A stretch of DNA of 63,711 nucleotides, filler included, from Octopus bimaculoides (GCF_001194135.2; 6 parts of 6 records of this genome joined end to end with filler, not necessarily neighbours in it); one strand, 5' to 3'; shown: positions 11,270 through 25,005, counted from the whole stretch's first letter. Notes: generated by a model not told the origin, from the sequence alone. Translations and numbers: made by a program.

Positions 11270-12420
11270 AGTTTTAATCCTCAACTCAAAATAATCTTAA
11301 CAACTCGATGAAAATATTTAGAAATTAATGCAATGCCAACAGTAAAAGAAGTAGAAGAATTTTGGGAAGGATAGTGTACAGTGAACAAATCACAATGCAA
11401 TAAGATTGTTCAAATGTGAACAATGGCAGTGGTGTTGGAGGGTTGGGGTTAGATCAATACAAGAGGTAAGCTGAGATGCTACAAAACACAAATGACTGGA
11501 AAGGACCAGGAAATGAAAAGGAATCAGTTTTTTTCAGAATAAATATTTAATAGGAATGCATGAGGCACTAGCAAAAGATATTTAATAACAAAAAAGACTT
11601 GGAAACAACACCAAAGTGGTTAACTGAGTGGAAAACCATTTTCATCCTTTGTATAAACTACACAGCCATATCTTGCTTTCTTCAGCTTACAAAACCTTAA
11701 CTGCAAAATAGCAAATGATAGATAAACAAGTGGAGAAAGAAAAACAACTTTTTTCCCGAAGAGTAGGAGAGATGCTACAAAGATTCAGTTAACCATAAAG
11801 ATAAATTACAATAAAAGAATAGTCATATTTGAAGACTATTGAAAAAGAAAGAGAGGTCTGAGAATGTGGACTGATTCCCAGAAGGCTTTTAGTATTATCC
11901 TCCCCATGTGAATCTTAGAAGCCTTAGGCCTGAGTACCAATGATAAACAAAAAATAAAATTTAAACACATTATAAGCAAATAATATTTTGTAGATAAAAC
12001 AAAATAAAGAATAATAAAAACTGCTCCCAAATCTATTAGAAGGATATTCTAAGGGAACTCCATATTGCTTGCTATATTTTTTGTTCTTTTTTTTCTCTTT
12101 CTTTGCTTGACACTAATACCTTTACCACCATGTTTAATCAAACCGGACTTGAATACAAGGACTACAGGTAAAACAGCTGTAAACACTAATACAAAGTGTA
12201 CACTGATTTACCTGACAAATTGATATGAGATATGCATTTGAAAAAGGCATTGAGACAAGTCTGAAGACAGGGAAATTAATTAAAAATACTAATGTCAGGC
12301 AAGATAAAGAAATAGGAGAATAAGAGTTAGACTATGCAAAAGACTTATGACTACTTAGAAATCAATGACAAGACGAAGTACAATACATAAATAAAAGAAA
12401 AGGTTAGAAAACAATATTAC
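11270..12420 (+). mobile_element. Highly decayed R4/Dong-like LINE RT fragment
   Basis: Scattered motifs MPTVKEVEEFW, NDWKGPG, a degenerate RRIF-GxS/LxLIPL region and a YDYLEI-like segment. Confidence 0.5.
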
Positions 12421-12422
12421 AG

Positions 12423-12449
<27 letters not shown>

Positions 12450-12460
<11 letters not shown>

Positions 12461-13140
12461 TTAATGTCTGTTTTCCACACAGGCATGAGTTAAGACAGTT
12501 TGACAGGAGCTGGTCAGCTGAAGAGCTGCCCGGGCTTCATGCCTGTTTTGGCATGGTTTCAATGGCTGGATAACCTTCCTAACACCAACCACTTTACAGA
12601 GTGTACTGGGTGCTTTAATGTAGCACCAGCATGGATGCCTTTTTATGTGGCACCAGCACCCATGAGCCCACAAGATTAGGATCGTTTAGCTGAAGAGGGA
12701 TGCAGGGGACATACTTGTATGCAAGGACAACCATGATTTCACTTAGCTTGACTTGCCTTCTCAAACACCACAAACTGCTAGAAGCCTCAGTCCCTTGTTA
12801 TCCCCTCTGTGGGGCCCAACATCTGAAGATCCTTTCCCTCTACTTCATCCCATATCTTCCTGGGTCTACCCCTTCCACACATTCCCTCCACAATGAGAGA
12901 TTGGCACTTCTTGATGAAACTGTCTTCATTCATATGCATTACATGACTGTACAAGCACAGTCTTCTCTCTTGCACACTCATATTCCCAGTTTTCCTCTCA
13001 AATCACTTACACTCTATCAAATAGCCTTTTCATGTCCTCTATATCCAGGGCCCACATCTCACTACCATGTAGAAATACTGTTTGTATGCATGCAACATAC
13101 AATCTTCCTCTCACTCAATGAGTGAATCTTTGTTGGCAAC
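12450..13140 (-). mobile_element. RTE-clade LINE 3' end with (CAT)n tail
   Basis: Minus-strand VQERRLCLYSHVMHM..VEGMCGRGRPRKIWDEV, homologous to 50100-50260. Confidence 0.8.
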
Positions 13141-13742
13141 TTCTGTTTACCTCTGTTGGTATTTTTTTCTATCATCACTACAATAGCCTCTTGAATTAGT
13201 TCGCTGCATAGCTTTCCTAGAACACCCATTTTCTCCTCCTTCTTATGTCAGTGTTACTGTGTCTCATCATCAAAATCCCATTCTAAACATTTCTATTTCA
13301 ATCCTTTCATCTTGGAACCGAAAAAAAGTTGGAATCCCTTGGAATTCCTTCCCACCTACACTTTCCTAGCAGACACTGAACAATAACTGTTGAAGTAGAG
13401 AGCATCAGCCCTTTGATTTCATCCCTTCCAGAGGGCAAGCAAATTTCAATTGCACTGACTCTTTTGTTAATCTATAATTTAAAAATATTCAACATAGACT
13501 GACATTTTAAATATATATATATATAGTAAATAGATTAATAGTGAATATATGCTGCCACTGCCACCACCACCACCATTATCATCCCCATCATTGTCATCAT
13601 CTTCTTCATCGACGTCATCATCATTACTGTTTCCCACCACCACTTTTATGTTAACATAAAAATCATTCTATTAATGCAAATTGCTAAAAGCTCATTAATC
13701 TAACTGTTATTTCTTCTTTCCTTTGTAGATAATTATACTTAC

Positions 13743-13943
13743 TGTCAATTGGTTGTGATCCATCCATCGCCATGGAAATAGTCATGTTAACATCTGATGT
13801 TATACTTTTAAGTTGAGATCCTGTGGAATCTAATGGCTCTAATGTTGAAGAACATCGAGAGAGAACTAATTCCACATGAGTTATTGTTTCATTAAGAGGT
13901 TGGCAACTTACATTGAACACCAAATTTTGCAGTGTAGATTTTT
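13743..13943 (-). CDS. TGF-beta/BMP-family ligand, coding exon 2 (prodomain)
   Basis: Acceptor ttttttcccccaaacag| and donor A|GTAAGT. 201 nt, phase 1 at both ends. Encodes EKSTLQNLVFNVSCQPLNETITHVELVL, matching the prodomain LxFNVSxxPxxExITxAEL pattern. Confidence 0.88.
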
Positions 13944-16771
13944 CTGTTTGGGGGAAAAAAATGGACAAAAGTCAATAATCATTAACATCATCATCAATAT
14001 TTTAACATTTACTTTTCCATACTTACAAGTGCAGGATGAAGCTTGTTGAAGCAGATAGTCTCTGACTTGATGCTCCTCCTACTCTCTTGTCAACCCTCAC
14101 CTGTTTGTGAACGAGGTAATATTTCTCCATGGCCTGACATAATTTCACAATGGATAATACTGAGCTTTATAAAGGAGATGACAAAGGACCGAGATATCTG
14201 GCACCTTGCTGTACTCAGGAAGACCTGGCCACCACAGTAGAATTGATACTGGTGTTGGCTCCGCATAAAAAGTTCTCATGTTGGTGCCACATTAACCTTT
14301 GGCACACTGTAGGTACATCATGTCACCAAATGAGTTTTCTCCCTTCTAGTAAGGGGACAATGGCAGGGGAAACACCTCTAGAGAAAAGGCAGTGTGCTAA
14401 AGGTTAAAAGCCCTGATACTCATGCCACATAGAAAGCACCCAGTACACTTTGTTAAGTGGTTAGTGTGCATATAAACACACAGCACATACACTCATACAT
14501 ATGTATATATACATGATGAGGTAAAAGTCACGCACCATAGGGATAATTAAAAGTATAATTACACAGGAAAATTTTATTTGCTAGTTATTTAATTGCTATA
14601 AGTACTGTTCAAAATGCCACCACTTCCTTTTTTCATAACATATTTCAATTCTGTATCATGACAGCATCCCTATCTCTATCATGACCTTGAGGATAGAAGA
14701 AAAATTACATCAGATTTTCTGCTCTCATATCTGAGAAAGCAAAGCAGGAAATAAATGCCTTCTTGTATTTGTGAGGGCCTGCATTCTAATTCAAAATGCA
14801 TAATACATTGTAGTTATTATTGGTGTGCATTTCAAATTATGCCTGTCTCTGTTACAACTACTTACTCTTTATTTGGTTACTTGCTGCATTACATGTCAAG
14901 CAATATTAGATATTTCCAGTAGCATATCAATTTTTACTACACGAAGGGTTAAGGCTAGCTGCTCACTCAACCTTTCTCCATTAATATAGAAAGAAATGCT
15001 TTGTGTGCTCCCTGTGATATATGTCTATATATATCAAACAGAAGCCAATTTTGTGCAGTGGTACATTATCCATGTGCTTTTATATTTGATCCAGCATGAA
15101 CTTCATTTTAGATATTTACATGAACTAGTGTCCCCTATCCAAAATTTTTATGGGAATAAATAAAAACAAAAGCTTATTATGATGAAATTACATTGGATCT
15201 TGGCAGTCATGTTTGCAGCTCATTGCTAACACAATGTCCTACTCAACCCAATTCTTACAAACATTTTGTTAAAAATGTGTTTAATTTATTTGTATTGTTC
15301 CACAGCCCTTCTAAACACCCAGTGATCCCCCCCCCCTTGTGTTTATCTTATGATCTGACAATGATCACAAGGTGGTGTTACTGCTCCTTAGGTTAAGAAG
15401 TTCTGTGTTAGAGTGACAGATGAGAAACTTTGTTATCTCTGTACCAGGTTTATGAGTATTGCTGAAAGCATCTGGGATAATACTGCTGCCAAGTTTTTTT
15501 TTCAGCATTTACCTTTCCATTGGGAAACAATGGAATCATAGAAATAAGATACTATCAAACACAGGCATCTGTTAGTATTCTCTAAAAAGCCTTATCCAGA
15601 TCTAAGCTATGTTGAGGAAATTTTCAGCTGCAGATCTTGGGTTTCATTGGGCATTCAGAGCCTCCTCCCCTAGATAGTCACTCTTAAAAGACGAGATGGT
15701 CACAGCTGGACTGCCCCTGATCATAGGTCTGTTCTATCAGGGTTGACCTGAGGCAAAACAACAACAACACTCATGTCTGTGAAAGGGGATAAACAAGAAA
15801 ACTAATTGGAGTGTTGTTGTTTTGTTAATGATTTCTGAGGTTGATAACTTTATATTTGCTGTATCAAAGAAAACTCTTGATCAGTCTTCCTTAGTGGTGC
15901 TCATTCAACACAATCTGATTTCAACCTGATTATATTGACGATTGGGTTGAAAGAAACCTGTGATATTCAATTTATGTATATTTTCCGATTGATTACATTC
16001 ATTAAATAAAGATTTCTTCTTTCTTCTTTTTTCTATTATTCAGGTCTTGTCGCTAATGATAGTAGTAGATTTTTTTCTCTCCCAAAGCTATTTATTTGTA
16101 CTCAATCCACCTCGTTAATTAGTCGAAACGGAAAGTTGTTTGGATAAGTATTGATTACACAATCTGCCCAAGTGTTGTGAGCTCAAATCTGCAGCTGAAA
16201 CCTTATTGTACATAAGCTCAATACATTTGCTGTTTGGAAATATCAATGTTGCCAGCAATAGACTAGCAGTGTGTCCAAGGGAGAATAATTTCTTATCTGG
16301 ATGGATGAAAGGCAACAGGATAAAGCCTTTCTGCACCATAGATAAGCTGGTGCATTCTTTGAAACAGTCATATTAACTTCATATTTAAGGTTAAGAGAAC
16401 CTTTAATAGAATCTGATGACTACAATAATAAAGATCAAGATACTTTTCATCCTCATTCCTTTCAATTAACAGTGTATGATCCTGTGAAGAAGACTTGATG
16501 GTCACAGCTTACTCAATAGATTTCCTCAGTTAATGCTAACTTGGTGCTAAACAACTGTCATCAATAAAAAACCAATTCTTTTATGAGAAAGGATAATTCT
16601 GCTGAAGTATTGATAAATTTATATCCAGTTTGAAAGTTATCATAGACTTATGAAGCCAGATGAGAATGATAAAATAGATTTATTGTTTTATTAAATCTGA
16701 GAAGATACTGAAGCCAGTTACTTTGATGAAATTGAGAGGCCTTCATTATATTAAATATTCATATCAGTCCT

Positions 16772-17145
16772 GTTGTCAGACATAGCGTCTTCCAGCAGCC
16801 ACCCTCTTGACCCAGGCCAACACTACCTCCTCCAAGCACTTGATGTAGATCTCCATGTTCAGCCTGAGGCCGTATGGGAAGATGAATGGAAACATAACGT
16901 TGTCATCATTAGTGATCACTCCAAACACCATGATGTTGACTGGTTGTTTGATTTTTATCACTCTCAGTACATGGCCTCACATTGCGCAATCCTCAGATTG
17001 ACATCCAAACACTCTGAAATATTCGTATTGGAGCTTCCGGCATGAATGCCAAGCAGTACAGCATGTCGTTTCCAAATTTCTGGCAGAGTGAATTGTGTCA
17101 TGGTGTTGTTTTTTTCACAGATGGTGCCCAACTGACCCTACTATA
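16772..17145 (-). mobile_element. Tc1/mariner-superfamily transposase fragment
   Basis: PVNIMVFGVITNDDNVMFPFIFPYGLRLN..YIKCLEEVVLAWVKRVAAGRRYV; same family as 33696-34440. Confidence 0.75.
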
Positions 17146-17229
17146 CTGAGTAGTTGACAAACTCAAAACAAACAATGTGCATGCATGAAATAAAAAATAT
17201 AAAATGGCAACAATTTACCCATCACATCC

Positions 17230-17260
<31 letters not shown>

Positions 17261-17321
17261 ATACACATACATATATACACATATGTATTTATATATATGT
17301 ATATATATGTATGTATATATA

Positions 17322-17359
<38 letters not shown>

Positions 17360-17440
17360 NNNNNNNNNNNNNNNNATATATGCATATATATACATACATA
17401 TACATACATACATACATACATACATACATACATACATACA

Positions 17441-17473
<33 letters not shown>

Positions 17474-20200
17474 GTGTGTAGCCTTTCATAAAAACACATA
17501 CATGTTTACACATAACCAATGATCTTTTGAACTTTCTTGAAAATGATAGCAAATTATAGTTCTGTGTATGTAGTGTGATAAGAGTATAAAGGAGATATCT
17601 TCAGTTACTATTGCTGAGAGACAGAAAACTTTGCAAATAATGGCAGCCATATGAGTTTTACAAGCTGTTATTGTGATATCTCCATTGTCTAGAAAGTCTC
17701 TTGTAAGTATTTATTAACTAAATAAAGGAAATACGGTACATAAGAAATACAAATATAGCCGAATGAAATCTACTTTACTAGCTGCTAAATTATCAATAAG
17801 TAATTTGAGTGAAAAAGGAATAAAACATTTTTAGTGTGGTGTTTGTGTTGTTAAATAATTATTGAAGAATAATAATGTTTGATAGGCTGTATGTTATGTT
17901 CATAATGGCCTCACAATGATTTAGAATTTTGGCACAAGGCTAGAATTTCAAGGAGGGGACTATATCAATTACTCTGACCCCCCAGTACTCAACTTGACTT
18001 ATTTTATCAACCCTGAAAGAATGATATTCAAAGTCAGCCTCAGTAGAATTTGAACTCAGAACGTAAAGTTGGATGAAATGCTTCTAAGCATCTTGCCAAG
18101 CAGCTAATGATTCTGCCAGCTCACCACTTTCTTGACCACACTAATATCGGGATTAGTTCTCATACTCATTTATTAACAAGGAACACTTGCATTTACATAT
18201 ATAGAACAGTTGAATAAATAGAACAACAGTCAAGCAATATCAAATGGAATAAGTACAAGTTTCGTTGCATAATATACTAATTAGTAATATGGAGAGTTTA
18301 TAATTATTGAGAATGAATTAAGTTGAAAGAATGAGAACACCTTATCCCAAAACTTACTTTGAAAAACTCCTCATGTCATTCTGTCTGGGAATTCAAAATC
18401 CCAACTTCTTATAATGCCCAGTGGTATTCCTAGAATGCTCAACCAGGCTATTTGATCAGAAGATTCCAGTTTATTTGGTTATAAGTCATGTTCATATAAG
18501 GGTTAATTCATTTTGTGGTACCACAATTAATTTTTCATGACTGGCCTTACCTTTTATAACAATATGGTAGGCTGTGATCTATGAGCTGGAGAACTTGAGT
18601 ATCATGGTTCAAAATACAGAAGAAGCTTCAATATACATTTAAGAAATAAAATGGATTTTCAAAATAGCAGCAGAAAACATAAACACCTAAGTATGTTAAC
18701 AGTAGTTTTTTTTTTGATTGGATAATAATTTTCAAAAATGCATTTAGTTTGGTTTTCTCTTTATTCTAGATGCCATTATTTTGGAAGATTACTGCATATA
18801 TGAACAAGTTGAAGAAGATTCTATATTTCACTGTTTAAGAATTGTGAAATTAAAATGCTCTCTGAATTAGGCATGAAAGTTATAGGAAGGGAGAATGTAA
18901 AGTTGAGGCACTTTGCTTCTCTTCTTGTCAGTACTTAGGCAGATATTTGTAGTTCATAAGAGATGAAAGGTCGACTAAAATTCAAAGAGAAATGATAAGT
19001 TCTTCACTCTTCACTGAGTTTCATTTTATTCCTAAGATAATGATCAGATTAACAACATCACTTTCTCTCTCTCTCTATCTATCTCTTTCTTTATTGATCT
19101 ATGACATTCATTCTGGATTATTTCTTTAAATTTAGGATAAATTTCAGAATCTGAGGAAACTAGTGAAGGTCTGTGTTAGTAACAAATAGAATTAGTTCAT
19201 TGAAGTTGTTCAATGAGTGGAATTCTGCGAGAAGTGGAGAAATTGATATTTCAAGTTCTTTGTATTAGTCTGAAAGTGAAGAAAGAGAAGGAGAGAGAGG
19301 GAGAGAGAGAGAGAGAGAGAGAGAGGGTGGGAAGAAAGTGATATTGTTAACCTCAGCAGTTATCTCTTCTATTCACTTATTAAAGTAGAGCTAAATTACT
19401 AAAGCAGAGCTAAATTACTAAAGCAGTGCTATGGCACTCACTCCACTGACTCAGTGTACACAACTGAGTCTGACATTCCTGTGGGTCACTGTGAGGAGGA
19501 AGTTCATTTCACTCTGATATATATTGTGTTTTTAACACTGCACATCTATCATCTCAGATAAAAACCACAGCATCATGCCTAGAAAGCTATATGTGATTGA
19601 TTTTGAGTTTTTACATGACCCCCTCTGCCTGCTATAAATAACAGCCAAATCTCCTCAAATCTCACTCTACTGTCTTCAATAATAGGAGGACACATTGAAT
19701 AACATAAACCAAGACATTCTCCTAGAAAGATGGCGTGGTCACTTCTGGAAAGTTTTTGAGTATAGATTTGCTCAGTCAGCGCAGACACGAAGATAAACTT
19801 CAACAATAATGATATTGATCTATTTTGATCCGATACAAGAACAGTTTTCTTTCAGAGGAAGTGTTTATTCAACTGTATCAGAACACGATTCAGATGTAGA
19901 GACAATACCAAAGTAGATAGTGGAGCACAATGCAGTCCTTGGATCTGTCTGTTGGTTCCTGTCAAACCATTCAACCCATATCAGCATAGATCACAAACAT
20001 TAAATGATAATGATGGTAATGAATGATGATGATTGCAATGGTGGTGGTGGTGGTGGCAGCGGCAGTAGCAGTGACAGCAGTGGTGGTAGCAGCAACAATA
20101 AGAGGGGAAAGAGTGATGTAGCTGATGAGGAGGAAGAGGTGGTAGAGGAAGAGAATGATGATGATCATCATCATATCTAAAGAGGCAAAACTAAATAACA

Positions 20201-20310
20201 TATCACGGCCATATCATGCTGAGAGCACCAGTTCTCGTCCGATCACCGAAGTTAAGCAACGTCGTTAGATGGGTGACCGCTTGGGAAACAAACCTAGGTG
20301 CTGTAAACAT
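20201..20310 (+). pseudogene. 5S rRNA pseudogene with internal deletion
   Basis: ACGGCCATATCATGCTGAGAGCACCAGTTCTCGTCCGATCACCGAAGTTAAGCAACGTCG-TTAGATGGGTGACCGCTTGGGAA..GGTGCTGTAAAC closely follows invertebrate 5S rRNA. About 15 nt between box A and box C are missing. Confidence 0.88.
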
Positions 20311-20318
20311 CCAACATA

Positions 20319-20492
20319 TAGGCGCAGGAGTGGCTGTGTGGTAAGTAGCTTGCTTACTAACCACATGGTTCCAGGTTCAGTCCCACTGTGTGGCACCTTG
20401 GGCAAGTGTCTTCTACTATAAGCCTCAGGCCGACCAAAGCTTTGTGAGTGGATTTGGTAGACGGAAACTGAAAGAAGCCCATTGTATATATG

Positions 20493-20520
<28 letters not shown>
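20319..20520 (+). mobile_element. SINE family B 5' part (tRNA-like head)
   Basis: GGCGCAGGAGTGGCTGTGTGGTAAG (A-box), GGTTCAGTCCC (B-box), CCTTGGGCAAGTGTCTTCTACTATAGCC core. Confidence 0.85.
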
Positions 20521-20539
<19 letters not shown>

Positions 20540-21928
20540 NNNNNNNNNNNNNNNNNNNNNNNNNNNNNNNNNNNNNNNNNNNNNNNNNNNNNNNNNNNNN
20601 NNNNNNNNNNNNNNNNNNNNNNNNNNNNNNNNNNNNNNNNNNNNNNNNNNNNNNNNNNNNNNNNNNNNNNNNNNNNNNNNNNNNNNNNNNNNNNNNNNNN
20701 NNNNNNNNNNNNNNNNNNNNNNNNNNNNNNNNNNNNNNNNNNNNNNNNNNNNNNNNNNNNNNNNNNNNNNNNNNNNNNNNNNNNNNNNNNNNNNNNNNNN
20801 NNNNNNNNNNNNNNNNNNNNNNNNNNNNNNNNNNNNNNNNNNNNNNNNNNNNNNNNNNNNNNNNNNNNNNNNNNNNNNNNNNNNNNNNNNNNNNNNNNNN
20901 NNNNNNNNNNNNNNNNNNNNNNNNNNNNNNNNNNNNNNNNNNNNNNNNNNNNNNNNNNNNNNNNNNNNNNNNNNNNNNNNNNNNNNNNNNNNNNNNNNNN
21001 NNNNNNNNNNNNNNNNNNNNNNNNNNNNNNNNNNNNNNNNNNNNNNNNNNNNNNNNNNNNNNNNNNNNNNNNNNNNNNNNNNNNNNNNNNNNNNNNNNNN
21101 NNNNNNNNNNNNNTTATCTGTACCAGTAAATTCAGAATGTGTTTTGTCTTTTTGTTTTGTTTTTTGGGAGGTGGGGATGGGGTTAGATCCAGAAAGTGAA
21201 AGATAATAATTACATAGAATAATTAATATGTAACTTGTTTTATATGTTAAAATCATTAAACTTAAATAAATTATTTAGAACAGTGGTTTGTAACTGGTGT
21301 CCATATGTCCCTTGAAGGTCCATATAAGACTTTGTCGTTAAAATTTACCTGCAATAACTTATTTGAGAGAACAATTGTACAGAAGCTCTTTATGAATGGT
21401 GAATCAATGTGAAGAGAGTTCTAGCTTGGGAAGTCGTTATATGTTATATTTCTACAATACACAAAATGTTAAAACAATTTTTTAATAGAATTCTTAATAA
21501 TATTTTACTATAAAAATATAACAGGATTTTTTAAGCATCAAATTGATATGAGGGTCCAGTTGAGGGAAATAGGAATCAAAAGGGTCTATAGGTTAAAAAA
21601 TTATTGAGCAAAACCGATTTAGAATATTGGCAAGCTCATTGGAGCCTCAGGAAAATGCTTGCTGTGTTTGTTCCAGGTCTTTACTTTCTGAGTTCAAATT
21701 ATATGGAGGTCATCTTTACCTTTTGTCTCTGCAGGGATCTATAATGTCAAGTACTGGGGTTGATGTGATGAACTAACTGCATCCCCATGTAAATTGTGCC
21801 CAAATGAGAAGCAATAATAGTTGGCCACTTTATGTGCCTAAAGCAAAAGATTCCCAATATTTGATATAAACACAAAATTACAATGACTCCCAGATTCAAT
21901 ATTAGAAAATAATTTAAGAATTACATAC

Positions 21929-22304
21929 CATCAATGATGTAATATCCACGAATAGCTTCACGAGGTGATGACTTCCAATGAATATTCTTTTGTTTCTTTG
22001 ATGTCATATACTGGTATAAACGGATCATATAATCTGGTGCTGAAGTGTGGTTACTCCAAGTTGGACTTACTTCAGAATCGAGATTGGACAGCAAATAATA
22101 TTCTACCATTTGATGAAACATTCGCAGATCAGCATGGCTTTTTGGCTTTGAAGTAGTTGTCTCAGTTGTGGTTGTTCCACAGTTAGTGCAGCTTGCCACT
22201 GTAGTTGAGCTTCTTGCTCTAGAACTGTAAAATCTTTGTGTATTTTCATTTTGTTCACTTGAAACAAATGCACAGAGTAGTATTACCAGAAGTCTAATAA
22301 GCAT
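21929..22304 (-). CDS. TGF-beta/BMP-family ligand, coding exon 1 (signal peptide and N-terminal prodomain)
   Basis: ATG at 22304 gives MLIRLLVILLCAFVSSEQ (signal-peptide-like). Later APDYMIRLYQ and EAIRGY resemble the BMP prodomain P-x-YM-x-x-LY and xxRSF motifs. Donor G|GTATGT at 21929/21928 is phase 1, matching the next exon. Confidence 0.88.
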
Positions 22305-22625
22305 AATATATTCAGAGGTATTTTGCTGCACTAACTTATCTTTTTGAATTTGATAATAAAATATATAATTTTTGTACAGTATCCCCTCGCATATAAATAT
22401 CAGAAATATATAAGAATATAAAAAATTGACTGTAATATTGACTTGCATTCAACAAAAACTTCAAATCATTAGTCTATATCATCACAGTAAAATGTTTTTT
22501 GTATGAAAGCATATCATTGTGTTTTATGTTTTAAGTGATGGTAGTAACCAGTCAAATATTATATGGTCTTGAAATGATGTCTGCTGGTTATTATAACTGT
22601 ACACACACACACATATGTGTATGTA

Positions 22626-22657
<32 letters not shown>

Positions 22658-22681
22658 AAAATAAATAAATATATATATATA

Positions 22682-22781
22682 NNNNNNNNNNNNNNNNNNN
22701 NNNNNNNNNNNNNNNNNNNNNNNNNTTAATTAATTAANNNNNNNNNNNNNNNNNNNNNNNNNNNNNNNNNNNNNNNNNNNN
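22682..22781. other. Synthetic assembly linker 44N-TTAATTAATTAA-44N
   Basis: Exactly 100 bp with stops in all six frames. Identical structure at five sites in the window. Confidence 0.9.
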
Positions 22782-22946
22782 CATACATATATGTGTGTAT
22801 GTGTGTGTGAGTCTGTTTGGCAAAAAAGATGACCATCCCGAAATACAATAATATATATATATTAATAATAATATTGTATAAGCTTAAAGCTTGTAAGCGA
22901 TCAATGTGCATTGACTAAGGAAAATAGTCTAATATTGGACATATGT

Positions 22947-23004
<58 letters not shown>

Positions 23005-23170
23005 ATGTTTGTATGTGTGTATATATATATATGTATATATTATTATTTTATTATTACTTATATTGTTATATATGTATATATAATCTCCGCGTTTGCGTCT
23101 GTGCATGGTTGTGTATAACTTTACATGTACGTATTTACGCGCATGCGTGTGCGCATATTTATCTTCAATA

Positions 23171-23227
<57 letters not shown>

Positions 23228-23609
23228 TATTATTATTATCATTATCTATATCGCGATGATTTTTCTATAGATTAACACATCGTTGCTTTTAGTCTTCCAT
23301 AATTTGATTCATTATTCGTCAACAACAAAGGCAAGAAGTCTCGCTACGTTATTCGTGTCGATGGTTTTTCACTAAGAAATATGGCCGTGTACTTAAGATA
23401 ATTCATTTTACTGCTTGCTACTTTTTATATCAATGTTCTCATTGATGCTGCTGTTGTGATGATCGTTGTTGGGGTGATGGTGGTGATGGTGGTGGCGGTA
23501 GTTATGGCTGTTGTTCTTTGTTTTTTTTCTCTGTGGTTGTTATTGTTGATGTCATTGTTCTTGTTGTTGTAAGTGTTTGTTATTATTTTTTTTTTTAGTC
23601 TCTTATTAT

Positions 23610-23880
23610 TTTACTTGTTTCAGTCATTCGACTGGGGCCAAGCTGGGGCACCGCCTTGAAGACTTTTAGTCGAACAATTCAATTCCAGTTCATTTTTTTT
23701 TTCCAAGCCTGATACTTACTCTATCACCCACCCCCTTTTTTGCCGAATCGCTAAGTCACGGGACGTAAACAAACCAACAAGCCTGTCACTTACTCTATCA
23801 CACCCCTTTTTGCCGAAGCGCTAAGTTACGGGACGTAAACAAACCAACACCGGTTGTCAAGTGGTATTGTGGGACAAACA
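23610..23880 (-). mobile_element. SINE family B 3' part with an internal tandem duplication of about 70 bp
   Basis: Reverse complement of the family B tail. CAAGCCTG..TTACTCTATC..GCCGAA..GGGACGTAAACAAACCAA occurs twice (23704-23777, 23778-23848). Confidence 0.7.
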
Positions 23881-24399
23881 CAAACACAAAGATACTCATG
23901 TGATCTTTTTCCGTTGTTTGTAGTTGTGGCTTTTGTTGTAGTTCTTATTTTTGTTATTATTGTTCTTGTTATTGTGATTTTTGCTTTTGTTGTTGTTGCT
24001 GTTGCAGTTGTCATTGTTGTTACCATTGTTTTGTTGTTTTTTTCTTATGTAGTTCAGTGCCAATTTTTTAAATCTATATACCGGATTGTTCCAGAGGAAA
24101 TAGTCGAGTTCAAACCCTTCGCAAAGACTCCATGACCGACGATAACCGTTTTTAGTATTTTTCCCTTTCTCTCTTAACATTTTGCAAGAATAAGAGGTGT
24201 ACCAGAAGAGAAATATAAAGGCTGAGAAGGAGAGACATATTGGTATGAGTACGCTTGAATAAAAATATAATAAGGATAGAATCTATCGGGCTTTTTTTTA
24301 ATCTTTATAAACGTAGGGTACCTGGGATGGTATTGTGATAGATACAACGTTATTTGAAAGGACATGATGACCATTTATAGAATGCATTAGATAATCTTT

Positions 24400-24840
24400 T
24401 CTACTCTAAGTACAAGGCCCAGAATTTTGGGGAGGGGGCAGTCGATTTGATCGACCTCAGTACGCAACTGGTACTTAATTTATCGACCCCGAAAGGATGA
24501 AAGGCAATGTCGACCTCGGCGGAATTTGCACTCAGAACGTAAAGACAGATGAAATACCGCTAGAATTTCGCCCGGTGTGCTAACGTTTTCGTATATATGT
24601 ATATATGTGTATATATATATGTATGTGTGTATAAGTTTGTGTGTCTGTGTTTGTCCCCCTAACATTGCTTGAAAACCGATGGTGGTGTGTTTACGTCCCC
24701 GTAACTTAGCGGTTCGGCAAAAGAGACCGATAGAATAAGTACTTGGCTTACAAAGAATAAGTCCTGGGGTCGATTTGCTCGACTACGGGCGGTGCTCCAG
24801 CATGGCTGCAGTCAAATGACTGAAACAAGTAAAAGAGTGA
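24400..24840. mobile_element. SINE A (minus strand) back-to-back with SINE B 3' half (plus strand)
   Basis: Family A reverse complement at 24400-24590 and family B tail at 24600-24840, joined at a TA/TG microsatellite. Confidence 0.75.
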
Positions 24841-25005
24841 AAAAGTAAAAAATAATAATAATTGATTTTTCGTTCTTTTTTTATAGTAATTCATACTTGA
24901 CTAAAAATGTTTTTATTACTTCACACTTTACTAAATATTTGTGATTAGTATTTCATACTTTAGTATCCGTGGTGTGATGATGCCTTTATTTGTTTCTCTT
25001 TTAAG

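Noticed and set aside
22305-22448. 48-aa upstream extension of BMP exon 1 in the ORF track
   Set aside because: AT-rich, probably from a non-ATG start. The Met at 22304 gives a proper signal peptide and a typical precursor length.
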